NCBI GenBank assembly: GCA_046563655.1 | Contig: CM102287.1 | Span: 7,936,001 to 8,000,000, forward strand | Length of the DNA stretch: 64,000 nt | Source: Yuukianura sp. NJ FZ-2021 | Lineage: Eukaryota | Reading direction: 5' to 3' | Shown here: positions 51,486 to 63,400 of the stretch, piece after piece | How positions within the stretch are numbered: position 1 is the first letter of the stretch | Layout of the letters: the number at the start of each line of letters is the position of its first letter | Translations under genes and position numbers: made by a program | Notes under the pieces: model-generated | The model's database searches: none | The model's input: the letters and a program-made list of their open reading frames with translations, nothing else | What the model was told of the DNA's origin: nothing

Positions 51486-52766
51486 CTAATCATCATCTCC
51501 AGCAGGAACTGCGTCTGCTTCTGGATTTCCACCGCATTCAATTACTTTCTGCCTCAAAGATTTGATGACATTGTTCTTCTGGACAAGAATTTTCTTCATG
51601 TTGGTGTAAGCGGAAGTAGCTTGGAACTTTTTATCCAATTCCTTTTCAGTAAGAAGTAAAGCAGACTGAACAGAACGTAATTTGTCCTCCCGAAGTTCCA
51701 AATCTTGACGAAGTTTTTCAGCTTCATCTTCCGCCATCGCCCGACTCCGTTCCAGTTCGGCACTCATTCGCCTAATATCCTTCTGCACTGCTTCTAACTC
51801 GACGTTTCTGGATGTTCCGTGTTCTTGACTTGCGACTATTTCCGTGAGTCTGACGATTTCTTGTTGCGCAGCGTCCAGTTCTTCACGTAACGCAGAAGTT
51901 TCCCGGGTTGACTTCATGTTAAGCTCTTGCAGTTGAATCTAACGAAACAAAAGTTATAAAATTCAGAATTTGTTGCTTTTTAGATGAAGATGTGCTCGTT
52001 CGTACCATTTTGTCCTGGAGTTCATTTAGCTGTTTGTCCAGAGACTCTTTTTGTTCCTCCAGCGTTTTGATTTCGAATTTGAGTGCTGCAGCAACATTCA
52101 GGTCTTGAACAGGTATGATTTGCTTCGACTGTGTAACTGTAATTGACATCTTTTCAGGCTGTTTTCCATCTTCGAAATCCTTTATCATGTTCAACTTTTC
52201 TCTAAAAACAAACAAAAGCAAAGAATTTTTTTTTGAATGTCCTATGTCTAAAAATTTCATCAAATTCATATCATGCCTAACCTGTTTTCAAGCTCGGAAA
52301 TGTCAGCAGTGAGCGTAAGATGCCACTGCTCAGCATTGACCAGTAGTTGTTGAATAAGCAGTCCATTGGTGTGACTCGCATCTTTCAATTCAGTATGAAC
52401 TTCATTGCTAACTGTATCCTGAAGAGCTGTAACGATTGACGCAACTTCATCTCCGGTGTACATTTCATCTTCCCTTAATCTGGAAAGAGAGAAACGAAAA
52501 CAATTAGTCTAATGTCCAACTAGTGTCAAATTATGAAGTAATTTACCTATTTAACGATGTTTTGAAGCAGTGCTCAATTGACTTGATCCTTTGACTCTGC
52601 TGATAGCGAGTTAGCTTGAGCACTTGGGACAGCAGTTCTGCATGGACTGGATTCAGGGTGAAAGTTGATGTCGAGGTCGCCTGGAAGGTCACAAGATTGT
52701 CAAATTTTAGACATTTGTGACAGGTTTTAGCGATTACTAGTTCCACAAAATTTTACAACTTACCAT
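51486..52766 (-). CDS. LZTFL1: Leucine zipper transcription factor-like 1 (BBS17); first coding exon is the ATG only (52764-52766)
   Basis: LNPVHAELL, MYTGDEV...ELKDASHTNGLLIQQLLVNAEQWHLTLTADISELENR, C-terminal ELDKKFQATSAYTNMKKILVQKNNVIKSLR. Confidence 0.92.
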
Positions 52767-53729
52767 TTCAAATTTCAATTCATTCAAACTTAAATGGACA
52801 TTTCACTGTACAATTAGTTCATTCTTGGAAGCTCATTACATCATATTTACGAAAGCAGAAAAATGGAAAACGTCACACTCGAAATTGAAATTCTGGAAAT
52901 GTTTTTCCCAAAACCTGCTTTCTGAAGAAAATAACTTTTTTCCAGGAACAATTTTTTTTTTGGAATTGTTGTGAAAAACGTCATTGTTAGCAACAACTCC
53001 TGCGCATCAGAAATTTAGCATTTCAGTTCCAAGGTTCACTTAAAGCTGCTTTCTTTCCAACAGTCTCCGCTTTTCTACTCAAAACTTCATTTTTAGGTGC
53101 AATAAACACGTCAAGTTGAAAATTTCAACTTGAAATTGGGTAAAGGTTGGTCAAAAGTTGTGCTCGAGTGACATCAAAAGTTGAAAACCTTATTTTACAC
53201 CAAAGTAAACAAAAATCCAACAATGGACATCAACAACAATGCATAGGATGAGCCAAAATCCTTTACAGACGCCTCTCATCAGATCATGTACTTGCAAGCA
53301 TCGTCAACATCCTTCCCCTAAACAAACTTTCCTTTTGCAACAAGAAGGCTTAAGTTACCCCACGATCCAAGTAAGCTTTTCTCAAGAAGGCCTCGTACGT
53401 TGTACTGACTGAAGCTTCGGCTTGGCCTACATCACTGAACATCTCAAACTACACACGAGACCCACTTTAGAGTGTAAATTGAATTGAGAGAAAACATTTG
53501 TGGGTTTGGTCTTTGGTGGTGTTCAATAGGAACGAAAACCTGATCTTTTCAGTAGCCCAAGCTTCTTCAAGATCATTGAGCTGCATTCCGCCTAGTTTTG
53601 ACACGTTTAGTACCAAGGAACATCCGAAGGACGCGGATATTAAGTGCGTAGCATTCCGTGACAGAAATTGTGTCATCTTGTCAATTTGATCTTGTCATTA
53701 AAGTTGTTACATCTCAAGTGTAGTCCAGA

Positions 53730-56700
53730 ATGACACAAAAACCGAAAGAAGGCAAAGGAAAGCCAAAAGGCGGAGCTGGAGACTTTCTCCAAGTGATTCT
53801 CGTCAGCTTCTCATTCATGTTTTTGTTTACGGCATTCCAAACCACTGGAATTATTGAGGTACGATCCAATTTTTAATTCTTAAAACTGGAACTCTCTGAA
53901 ACTTATTGTCAAAAGGCATGATGTCATCAAAATTTTAACTAAACTTTGAAACTAAAATGCTAGGAATATTAGCAATTCCAATTTGGAAAAATCTTCCAAT
54001 TTCAACTGGTCATGCACAGAATATTTGTAAAAATTAGCAACAACCTTACAAGGTTAACAGAGGACGCGGGACTGACACTTGGCTAAGTACAATTCCATCT
54101 ACTCCGGGCGTTAGAATATGTTCAGCGGAAAATGGAAATAGTTTGTATCCAAGGACGCAGTCCAGAATCCAATCCCATGATATTGTCAGCCAACCGTGAT
54201 CTTCATACAGCTCTGCATAAAAAATTAACGCCAATCAAATTGATTGAATCAATTAATTCATACAGTGCGCAATAGAATTTAAAAAAAAGTAAGCAAAAAT
54301 TGACTCACGTTGATAATTTATGGTATAATTTGTTAAATCTCCGACGATCAGCAATCGCTCGTTGGTTTTCGGAAGTTCTTTAACGATTTCGGCTCCAAGC
54401 GCTATCAGCAGTTGCTAAAACGAAAACCAGAAAAACAAAGTTTTCAAAAATTCCTTTTTTTTTTGAATTTGTGTACACAAATAACGCACCTTGCAATCGG
54501 ACGCTGAAACGCCAGAACTCTTGATGTCAAAGGGCACGTAGAATTTGAATCCATCAAACACATTTTTCGGACTGAGACGAGAAATCCTCACACCAGGGTC
54601 ACTTCCAGGAAAATTCGAAGTTTCGAATGACTCTTCTGGAACAATGCGACCTTCTTTCACACATTCTTCCACCCAAGCAAAACTTAGGACCCATTTCTTC
54701 CTTGCAATTGACATCAAGTACTTGAAAGTATAAGATATTCCGTCCTTGTCCAAATTCAGTATAAGATGTGTCACTTCTTCGGAAAAGTCCTTTCGTATTT
54801 CTCCGTTACACAATTTGCAAAGCTTTTCCAATTTTGCTATTTGGTCTGAGTAGAGTCGTGTTGGACAAAAAATGAATTTCTGAACAGGCGGTGGCTGTGG
54901 TGGCCGTTCCAGTTCCAGTAATTCTTCGGGCAGTGGATGCCAAGTATTAGGACCGAATTGGTCTTCTTCACTTTCTTCAGTTGGCTCTGGATTTTCCAGA
55001 GGATTCTCAATGGTAACGTTGGTAACGTTGTTCTTCGTTGGAGGTGTCGGTGTTGCTAAGCGAAAGCTGTTCTCCTTTGGTATGTCCAAGTTCTCTTTCT
55101 GATTCTCTCGTTTCTTCGTTGCCGAAGCGCTGGAACTGGAAGAATTCAACTCATCGTTAGGTTTTTGACGTTTCGAGCTAGGCAGTGATGAAGGGAACAA
55201 TTCGTCGTCGCTGCTTTCATGCTGGTTGTCTTCTCTTGGGCGCTTATGAAAATTCTGTAAAGTAGATTCGTTTAAAAAAAATCTGAATATTCCTAAACAT
55301 CTCTGCTGTTTCTAAGCTCACCACAAGATTTAAGCAATCTTCCACTTCCAACAGTACTTGATCATCATCACCATCTCCAAATTGGGTGTCAGGGTCAGCT
55401 CTCCGTACGACTTCTGGGGTACTGTCCATGATCGGCTCGTTTCTGAGTTGGAGCTCTGAAAAACCATAATTTTAAACTTATTTGGATCTATACAAGAAAT
55501 TTCCCAGATGTAAAAACTGGAAGGCTTACGTCTTTGTCTTTTTTGTGTCGGTGTCGATCGGCAAGGAGTTTCTTTCGGTTTAGATGGTTGTGGGGTAGGC
55601 GTGCCAGGAAGTGGCTGTTGTGCCAATGCTCCTCGTCTTGTTCGTGGCGTTGTCCTTATTATAGGCGTCGGTTTCGAATTTTGCTGAACCGGAGTTGCAG
55701 AAACAACCGGTTCCGGTTTCTGCGGATGGATACGTTCTGGTGCAGGGCGATCTTCTGGTGTAGTAAGTTGTCCAGAAGCAATGGAGAGTTGTTCTTGTCT
55801 GTTACCGTGCAAGCCATTTATACCAGAACTGTTGTTGCTGACCTTTGTCGCGATCTTCTCCCTTCATTTTTGATTTAAAAGAATTTATAAAATTATGAAA
55901 AACTGCTACCTCGATAATGTTTTTACTTACGTTACGCGCAAATCCAAGGGTTTTGCCGGTGAAAAGGCTGGTCTCCGTGCAGCATAGGGAACGTCCATAT
56001 CGCCTGGTGCTTCTTGGTCAGCTAAAGTTAAATCCAGTGGTTGAGACTGAGTCAGCCGTTCCGGTTCCTCATCATCAGTAATTGATTTTGTTGGTGACAG
56101 TTCAGCTTGCGTATCCCAAGGAGCGAATACCTGAGTATCAATCAGGGGAATTTTGTCCGTCATTGATGTTCTCCGATGTTGAGGGCTAGTTTCTTTCGGT
56201 CGCGACGGCATTAGTTGAGTGTCAAATGGGTAGGGTTCCAAGGGAGTGTTTGGGTGGCCATAGACTTCCGAATCTTCTAACTGTGTTTCATATTCAGTGC
56301 CGACCACTTGATTCATTAAATTAGGTAGACATTCCACAGAAACTGTACTTGGAGGCTTGTCTGGGACATCATGGACAACTGGCTCTGGTCTAGCTGAATT
56401 ACCTATAAAAAGTGTGGTAATTTGTGTAAATTGTGCCAAAACAAAAATGTGAAGCATAAGATTCGGATTACCGTTGGTTTGAACAGAAGACTTTTCAGAG
56501 GTGTCGTTGCTGACTGAAATTACATTACGTTCCTTTTCAAAAGTTGAAACGAATTGTAACCAGATCTTGTGAATACTCGTAATGTCACTTCTGGTGTTCC
56601 ATCCTGATCGAATCGTATTATTTCTTGCGGAGCACAGGGTACATTTTGCCAATCCAGTCAGACATCCCTTACATACAATATGACGACACGCCAGCTCAAC

Positions 56701-59561
56701 TGGATTTTTCAAATCTCCATTGCTGGAACCACAAATGTCAGATTTTCAATTTCAGTTAGTTCGTTTAATTTTGATTGTACTAAGGTTACTTACCACGTAA
56801 CGCAACGAAAACATTCCATAACCTTCTCCATAGCGTTCTTGCTCATAATCCAACGTTTGATTACTCCGCTGCGCTGCGATACCAGAGCTGTTGTGTTAGT
56901 GTTACGTCCAGAAAGTTCCAGGGGCTCAGCGCAGTCAACGTTTCAAACGAAGTGAAGCAATTTGTCTTTATTGAATTTGAAACTCAAACGGTCAATCAAA
57001 TCACTAATTAAGTATATACCCTTTGTGAAATCAACGTTATTTTTTGTGCTCCTCTTCAGTCCACTCCAATCCAATCGATTCTCCTTTGTCAATCAAAAAT
57101 TTTGGTTGGGGTAAGCTTTAACGACCGTCATTGTAGCCGCACAGTGTAGCCGCTCCGCCATTTTTTGTGGCTACAATGGGTGGCTACACTGTGTGGCAAC
57201 TTATGTTGCCACTTTAGGTTAGGTTAGGTTAGGTTAAAGTGGCTACTTAAGTTGCCGCTCAGGTGTAGCCACCCATTGTAGCCACAAAAAACGGCGGAGC
57301 GGCTACACTGTGCGGCTACAATGACGGTCGTTAATCCTTACCTCGACCAAAATTTTGATGCAAAATTAGAAAAAAACGAAAAACTGTCAGTCAGAATAAA
57401 ACATGACATGAAAAAGCAAAACAAAAACCATCTCCCTCCAATTTCTCTGAAATTCGCGGAATTGAAATATTGAAAAGCAACTTTCCAATCCTACATGGTT
57501 TGGTGGTGTTCAAAGTTACAACAATAGCGGCTATTGTCATTAATCGGTTACGAATTGAATTAACTGTTGAATTAGTTAAATTTAAGCTAAAGAAACTAAA
57601 TTAACATTCTGAGTACACCGAAACTTCAAATTCGTCCCAACTCTTAGTAGCAAAATTTCAACACCACTTAATCCGTAAAAAAAATTCGCACGCCTGATCA
57701 CGTTACGTCAAGTCAAGGTCGACCTTAATTCTGACGTTTGCTTTTTTGCTGAACGTAGGAAACCGTCCTTCAAAGTTTACGAAACGAAAGTACTCAATGT
57801 GTCAATAGCACTGGTTATGTAAGCAGAAGGGGCGAAGGGCCTTGTCCAGACGACGGAAGTGTCCAGGAGTCAACGTTTACTGGAAATGGCTACGTGTCGC
57901 TGTCCATCATCTACGCATGTTTCGCCATAGCCTCTTGGATTGCACCGTCAGTCGTCGCTGTTTCGTTTCCCAAGTGGAGCATGGTACTGATGTCAGTAGT
58001 TTACGTAGCCTTCATTGCCAGTTTCCTCATTCCGACTACTGGACTTCTGTATTTCCTGTCAGCACTACTGGGTGCTGCGGCAGCAGTTTTATGGACAGCA
58101 CAAGGAACTTTCCTTAGTTGGATCTCAACGCCAGACACAATTACGAGGAATTCTGGCGTATTCTGGTCCATCAATCAAACTAGGTGAAAAAGAGGTCATT
58201 GAATTTTTGCAGATTTTAGAATTTAAAATTATCTATCTATTTCGAATTTTAGTTTATTTTTCGGGAATTTGCTTGTGTACTGGCAGCTCAGTGGAAAAAC
58301 GGTTTTGAATGCACATCTTCGAGCAACAATTTTCATTCCGTTGACCATAGTCGGAGCCTGCGGAACATTCCTGTTGTGCTTTCTCAAAAATTTGAAGTAA
58401 ACTACATTTCACTACGCAATTTTTTAGAAAAAGAAAATTTTGAACGTTTTTTGTTGAAATTTTAGAAGCGCTCCAGAAGATTCGCCAGCGACTGAAGAAA
58501 AAACGGCAGAAGAAACGTCGGATGAGCAGTTCCAGGACGCCCCTTCCAGCGAAAAGCTGGAAAATACTGTTTCGCAAGACAAGTCAAAACAGTCAGTTGC
58601 AGCGACAGCTTTTGCAGCGTTCGTAGACGCGATTAAACTGTTTGGAACTTGGCACATGCTGCTGTTGTCTCTTTGCTCAATTTATACTGGACTGGAATAC
58701 TCGTTCATCAGCGGTGTTTACTCAACGGCTGTTGGAAATACAAAGCAACTTGGTGCTGATTCTAAAAAATACGTTGGATTGGTTGGGATTTTGATTGGTG
58801 TTGGAGAAGTCCTTGGCGGGTCACTGTTTGGTCTTCTGGGGTCACGTACGACCAAGAAAGGTAAAACGTCATTGAAAATGTTAGGTTTTTCAAAATTTTG
58901 AAATTTGAAAATTTTAGGAAGAACACCAATTGTACTGTTGGGGGCTGCAGTTCATTTCATTTCCTTTACGAGTATTTACTTTAACCTTCCGGATGTCGCT
59001 TCTTTGAGAGAGACACACGACGTGTCGTTCTTTGCAATGCCGAGCTCTACACTAGCCCTGGCATGCGCAGTTCTAATGGGTATGCCAAAAAAACTGCAAC
59101 TCAAAATTTTGAAACTTCTTTTTCATAAATTCTTCGGTTTTTAGGTTTCGGAGATGCTTGTCTTCAAACTCAATTAATTGCAATTTTCGCTTCAGTTTAT
59201 CAAGACAAGTCTTCCGCTGCTTTTGCAATCTTTCGGTAAGCTTTTTTTAAAGTTTTTTTTTTTCCAAACCGATTTTGAATTTCCATTTTTGTTTTCCAGT
59301 TTTACACAGTCGGCAGCTTCAGCCGTAGCTTTCGTGACGAGCTCTTACCTAGGAATCTTTTACCAAATGACTGTTCTCTTCACTTCTTGTATCATAAGTG
59401 CGGCTGCATTCTTCATTGTGGAGTGGCGTACAGGTCAACTGGCCAAGCAGGTCAAGCAAGAACTTCAAGGTCAACAGAATTCAGAAGATGAAATGCCAAA
59501 GTCCATCCAACAACAGTATTCTATGGAACTAACGCAGCCTTGCGAGGCAACAATTTGCTAA
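53730..59561 (+). CDS. MFSD11: UNC93-like MFS transporter (MFSD11); exon 1 53730-53858, 3.9-kb intron 1, remaining exons 57759-59561
   Basis: Exon 1 VILVSFSFMFLFTAFQTTGIIE joins in phase 0 to ETVLQSL...FTGNGYVSLSIIYACFAIASWIAPSVV; LLGAAAAVLWTAQGTFL, RNSGVFW, YTGLEYSFISGVY, GRTPIVLLG. Confidence 0.9.
54046..56846 (-). CDS. BRCA1-like protein: N-terminal C3HC4 RING, disordered TQ/SQ-rich middle, C-terminal tandem BRCT; nested in MFSD11 intron 1
   Basis: Spliced RING CVTC-NGDLKNPVELA-CRHIVCKGC-LTGLAK-CTLC; BRCT1 VTHLILN...YTFKYLMSIARKKWVLSFAWVEECVKEG; BRCT2 VFDGFKF...LLIALGAEIVKEL...ISWDWILDCV; no ankyrin repeats seen. Confidence 0.8.
57092..57359. mobile_element. About 270-bp near-perfect palindromic (MITE/foldback-like) element with a central (TTAGG)4 tract
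   Basis: Arms of about 120 bp pair, e.g. TTAACGACCGTCATTGTAGCCGCACAGTGTAGCCGCTCCGCC vs GGCGGAGCGGCTACACTGTGCGGCTACAATGACGGTCGTTAA; loop TTAGGTTAGGTTAGGTTAGG at 57214-57233. Confidence 0.85.
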
Positions 59562-60420
59562 AAATCAACAGTTTGAATTTACATCCGTAAAATTCAGAGT
59601 GGCCATCCTCACCTCCCTCCATGTTATACCTTGTTAAAACTGAAAAAAATGAAGCAGTCTTTATTTTTAAATGATATAAATATGTAATACAATTTAATAA
59701 ATTAGAAAGTGAATAATTAAAGTAATAGACTCCAACAACTTCAATTTTCGTTGTGATAAAGGTGACACAGGCGTTAGTGGAAAGTTGCGCGGGAATTTTG
59801 AATGAGCTTAAAATGGGAGGGGAGGTGGGGAGGGGCGGGCACTCCTCCTCTTTCTCTGTATTTTTTGGCAATTTGCAAAAATGTCACATGAGTCACTGAA
59901 CAACTTGAAACTGGTGTCATAACTCACAGTTTCAGTGAAGTCTCTCAAGTGTCAAGTGCCCACTTAAAGTACGGACAGTGGAAACTGCTTCGTTGAGTAA
60001 AGTAGACGGAACAAAACGAACATCAACTTAACGCAACGGAAGTCACTTAATAAACTTCGATCTCGATCTTCGTTCCCACTGTGGTGTCAACAGGTGAGGA
60101 TATTTAAATTGATTTGAATTATTTTTGGTGATTGATTTGTTGATTCAACTGGTGACAGACAACGTGTCAATGACATGACAAGTGCCGCTGCATCTGTCGC
60201 GGTTAAGTTGAGGGTGGTGCTATTCTCTACTGTCAAGCTACTTTTATGGCAATTAGTAATAACTTAATTTGCGCTTAACTATCAATACCAATATCTTGTT
60301 GTTTTTCAGAATACTCGTTCCAGAAAGTTACAAAAGTGGAGAACCAAAGGATAACGGCCTGAAGGATATAAGGAATAAGAGACTTTGAAGCTTTCATTTA
60401 GCTGAATTCAGCGGTCAAGC

Positions 60421-63400
60421 ATGGCCTCCTTACGGTCAACGACAAGCGGTGTGTCTTCAATGGCAGGTCATCATCCTCCATTGCCACCTCACAAACCTTC
60501 TCCAAACGTAAGTTTTTAACGCATTGTCAAGTGTCAATTTTTAAAGAGCTGCACTGGAGTAGGGTAATCTCATGTACGGAGTCCAGTATTTATTACATTT
60601 ACATAGTAGCGCTTTCCAGTGACGCTTTATTTTAGTTTTCGAGCTGGGACACGAAATAAGTACGCATTAGGAGAGGGGGGTACTACTAATTAGCTAACTT
60701 AAAACCCTTCAAATCTGCTATGCAATTGCAAACTTCTAATTGGATTCGTTCATCGTAGTTCGTAGCTGCATGGTATTGGTCAGAAAGTTTAACCAAATGT
60801 GTGTTGAAAGTGGATTAGTTTAGTTGGTCAAAGGCGTATCCGTTCCATTCTTTGTTTCTTAGTAATCCTGTATTGACCTTTACCTCGTTTCAGCCTCATT
60901 CAGTTTCTTGTTTTTCCTAGTTCCTCTGGAAATTTTTACCGATGACGACACATTGTGGTCTGATTTGCACAACTTCGCTTCAACGGCTTCGCTAGACTAC
61001 CTCAACCAAACCACTGTTTACATTGAATTTTGCATGGACTTCCGCCAGTCACAGCAGCTGCGACTTCTCCAGCATCTGTCAAGCAAACCAGCTTTAAATA
61101 TGATCTCTACATGGTGGTGGGTGAAGCTGCGATAGTCTAGGCTGGGATACCCGAGAAGATCATGTTTTGCTTTGGCTGCTTGTTTTTGGCATTCCCTTTC
61201 TCTTCAGTGTTGATGAAATGACTCGAAGCTGGAGAAGTCATAGGGCAGGGCCAGGGCGGACGGGTTTTGGAAGAAACTTTTCATCTGCTTGCTGAATACT
61301 GCCGCATACTCTGCATTTCTGTCTGACTCACACCACACGTCTGTCTTCTCACAATTTCTGCTTCCATTCCAACGTTTGGTTTGAAACCTAAGCTTTCAAG
61401 TTTGAAGCTTTCCCTTCCCCTATTCTTTCTGCTTGAGGCTTCGGCAGAAGAGGGTTCGTTCCATCTTATTAGGACCACGGAATTTTGTGCACCGAGATCT
61501 TTCAGTATTTGTGAGCATAGCGAGTAAGAAGGAGGGGTGGAACTTAATATTTCTGTTACAAAAAGTGAACTTTTATCATTAGTCCGTGTCAAAACAAACC
61601 AATTGTTCAAACCAAAGTTCTGTGGGTGAATGCATGTGTGGTGAGAAAGTTCATTAAAATTTTGCTGTATTTGCCTCATCCTGTTTTCAGACTGACAATA
61701 CCGCCAGTATATCCTCCTCAGTTGGTGAGGGCGAAGTGACAACTGCTGACGGGGTCATCATGGATAAGCAACAGACGACGCAGCCCCGCTATGACGAAGC
61801 TAGCGGCGGAAGAGTCAAGACTTCCAGTTTAGCTGGCTACACCAGCAGCAAGAGTAATGGCAGTGTTAGCACCGGGAACGGAAGTATTCCATCCTCAACC
61901 AGTTACGCTAACGGATCCTCATTAACCGGAACCAATGCCCTTTCCTCTTCATCCTATTCTGCTAATTACCGCTTAGCTTCCCTGGATCGATTAGCTCAAA
62001 GACAAAAGTTGTATGAAACTAATAGTGGGGGGAGCGGTGGAGCAGGAGACACAAGCTCGGCAGTAAGTTTTTAACCATTTTAGCTTTTCCTTCTTTTAAC
62101 AATTACTGCTTAGTTAGTCTGAGATTGATGAGTGATAAGTTTCTGCTAAGTGAGTAAGTTGTTGGCGTACAAAGATTATCACGGTTTCCTTATTCATCAA
62201 GTCTGTCTAAAAGCCTAGCCTAATGAGAAAATGGTTTTGTAAGGAAAACATGAATTTATGGCCATGTTATTTTCGGATCTAAAAGGGTGTAGCTTCATGT
62301 CTCCAAAAGTTTCGTGAGAACCGTTATATTATTTTCATAAACAAAAACGTCAAGTGATATTAGATGGATGAGTTCGACTTGACTGTGAGTTGTTTGAAAA
62401 GGATGGAGTCATCCATGGAGAAACTAGATACGGTTTGTATAACACATGTAGAATTAAGGTCTTCCTTCTTTTGTCTATTGAAAATGCGATACTAAAATTG
62501 AAACGGAAATGGCTAATTCTCATTATAATTTTTATTGTGTAGTTACAGAGCAAACGAGAGCTGTTTTTCAAGAACGACACACTACCAGCACCGGCCCTCA
62601 GTACTTCCATAACAGCAAATACACCACCAGTGATGAAAGTTGAACTGACATCAACAACGACAACCCCAGCAATTAAGCCGGATATCATTCTCAAGAGTCA
62701 TTCCCATTCATACCAAAACCAAGCCAATGGACTGGAGGATAACAAAGAAAAACAAGACAGGGACAAGAAACCGGCGGGAGATGAAAGTAAAATGAAGAAA
62801 TTAGACGGATATGTCGGATTTGCGAATCTTCCAAATCAAGTCTACCGAAAGGCTGTGAAGAGAGGCTTTGATTTTACCCTAATGGTTGTTGGTAAGCTTC
62901 ATTGCAATTGATTGATTAACTTCTTATGTGGTTTGTTATCTAATACGTGATACGTGATTTTTGAATTCTAGGCGGATCTGGACTTGGGAAATCAACGTTA
63001 GTGAATTCCATGTTTCTAACTGACATTTACTCGACAGAATTTCCAGGTCCTTCACTGCGAGTCAAGAAAACTGTTCAGGTTGAAGCCAGCAGAGTTCTAC
63101 TTAAAGAGAATGGAGTTAATTTAACTCTAACTATTGTCGACACTCCTGGATATGGAGACGCAGTAGACAACAGCAACTGGTACGTGTTTGCAAATTCAAT
63201 TTCGGAAAATGAGGTTGTTGAATGCTGAGTCTGACTCATATGATTTTGTTTCAGCTGGCAACCGGTAATGGACTTTATTGAGTCACGTTACGAAGATTAT
63301 CTCAATTCCGAGTCTCGTGTTGACAGAACCAAGAAACCTCAAATTGATCCTCGAGTCCATGTTTGCCTATACTTTATCGCTCCATCTGGACACGGCCTCA

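Noticed and set aside
54046..56846. BARD1 call for the RING-BRCT gene
   Set aside because: No ankyrin repeats seen before the BRCTs; BRCA1-like preferred, symbol withheld pending phylogeny.
57092..57359. CRISPR array or prokaryotic terminator interpretation of the repeats
   Set aside because: Eukaryotic context; inverted, not direct, repeats; no spacers or cas genes.
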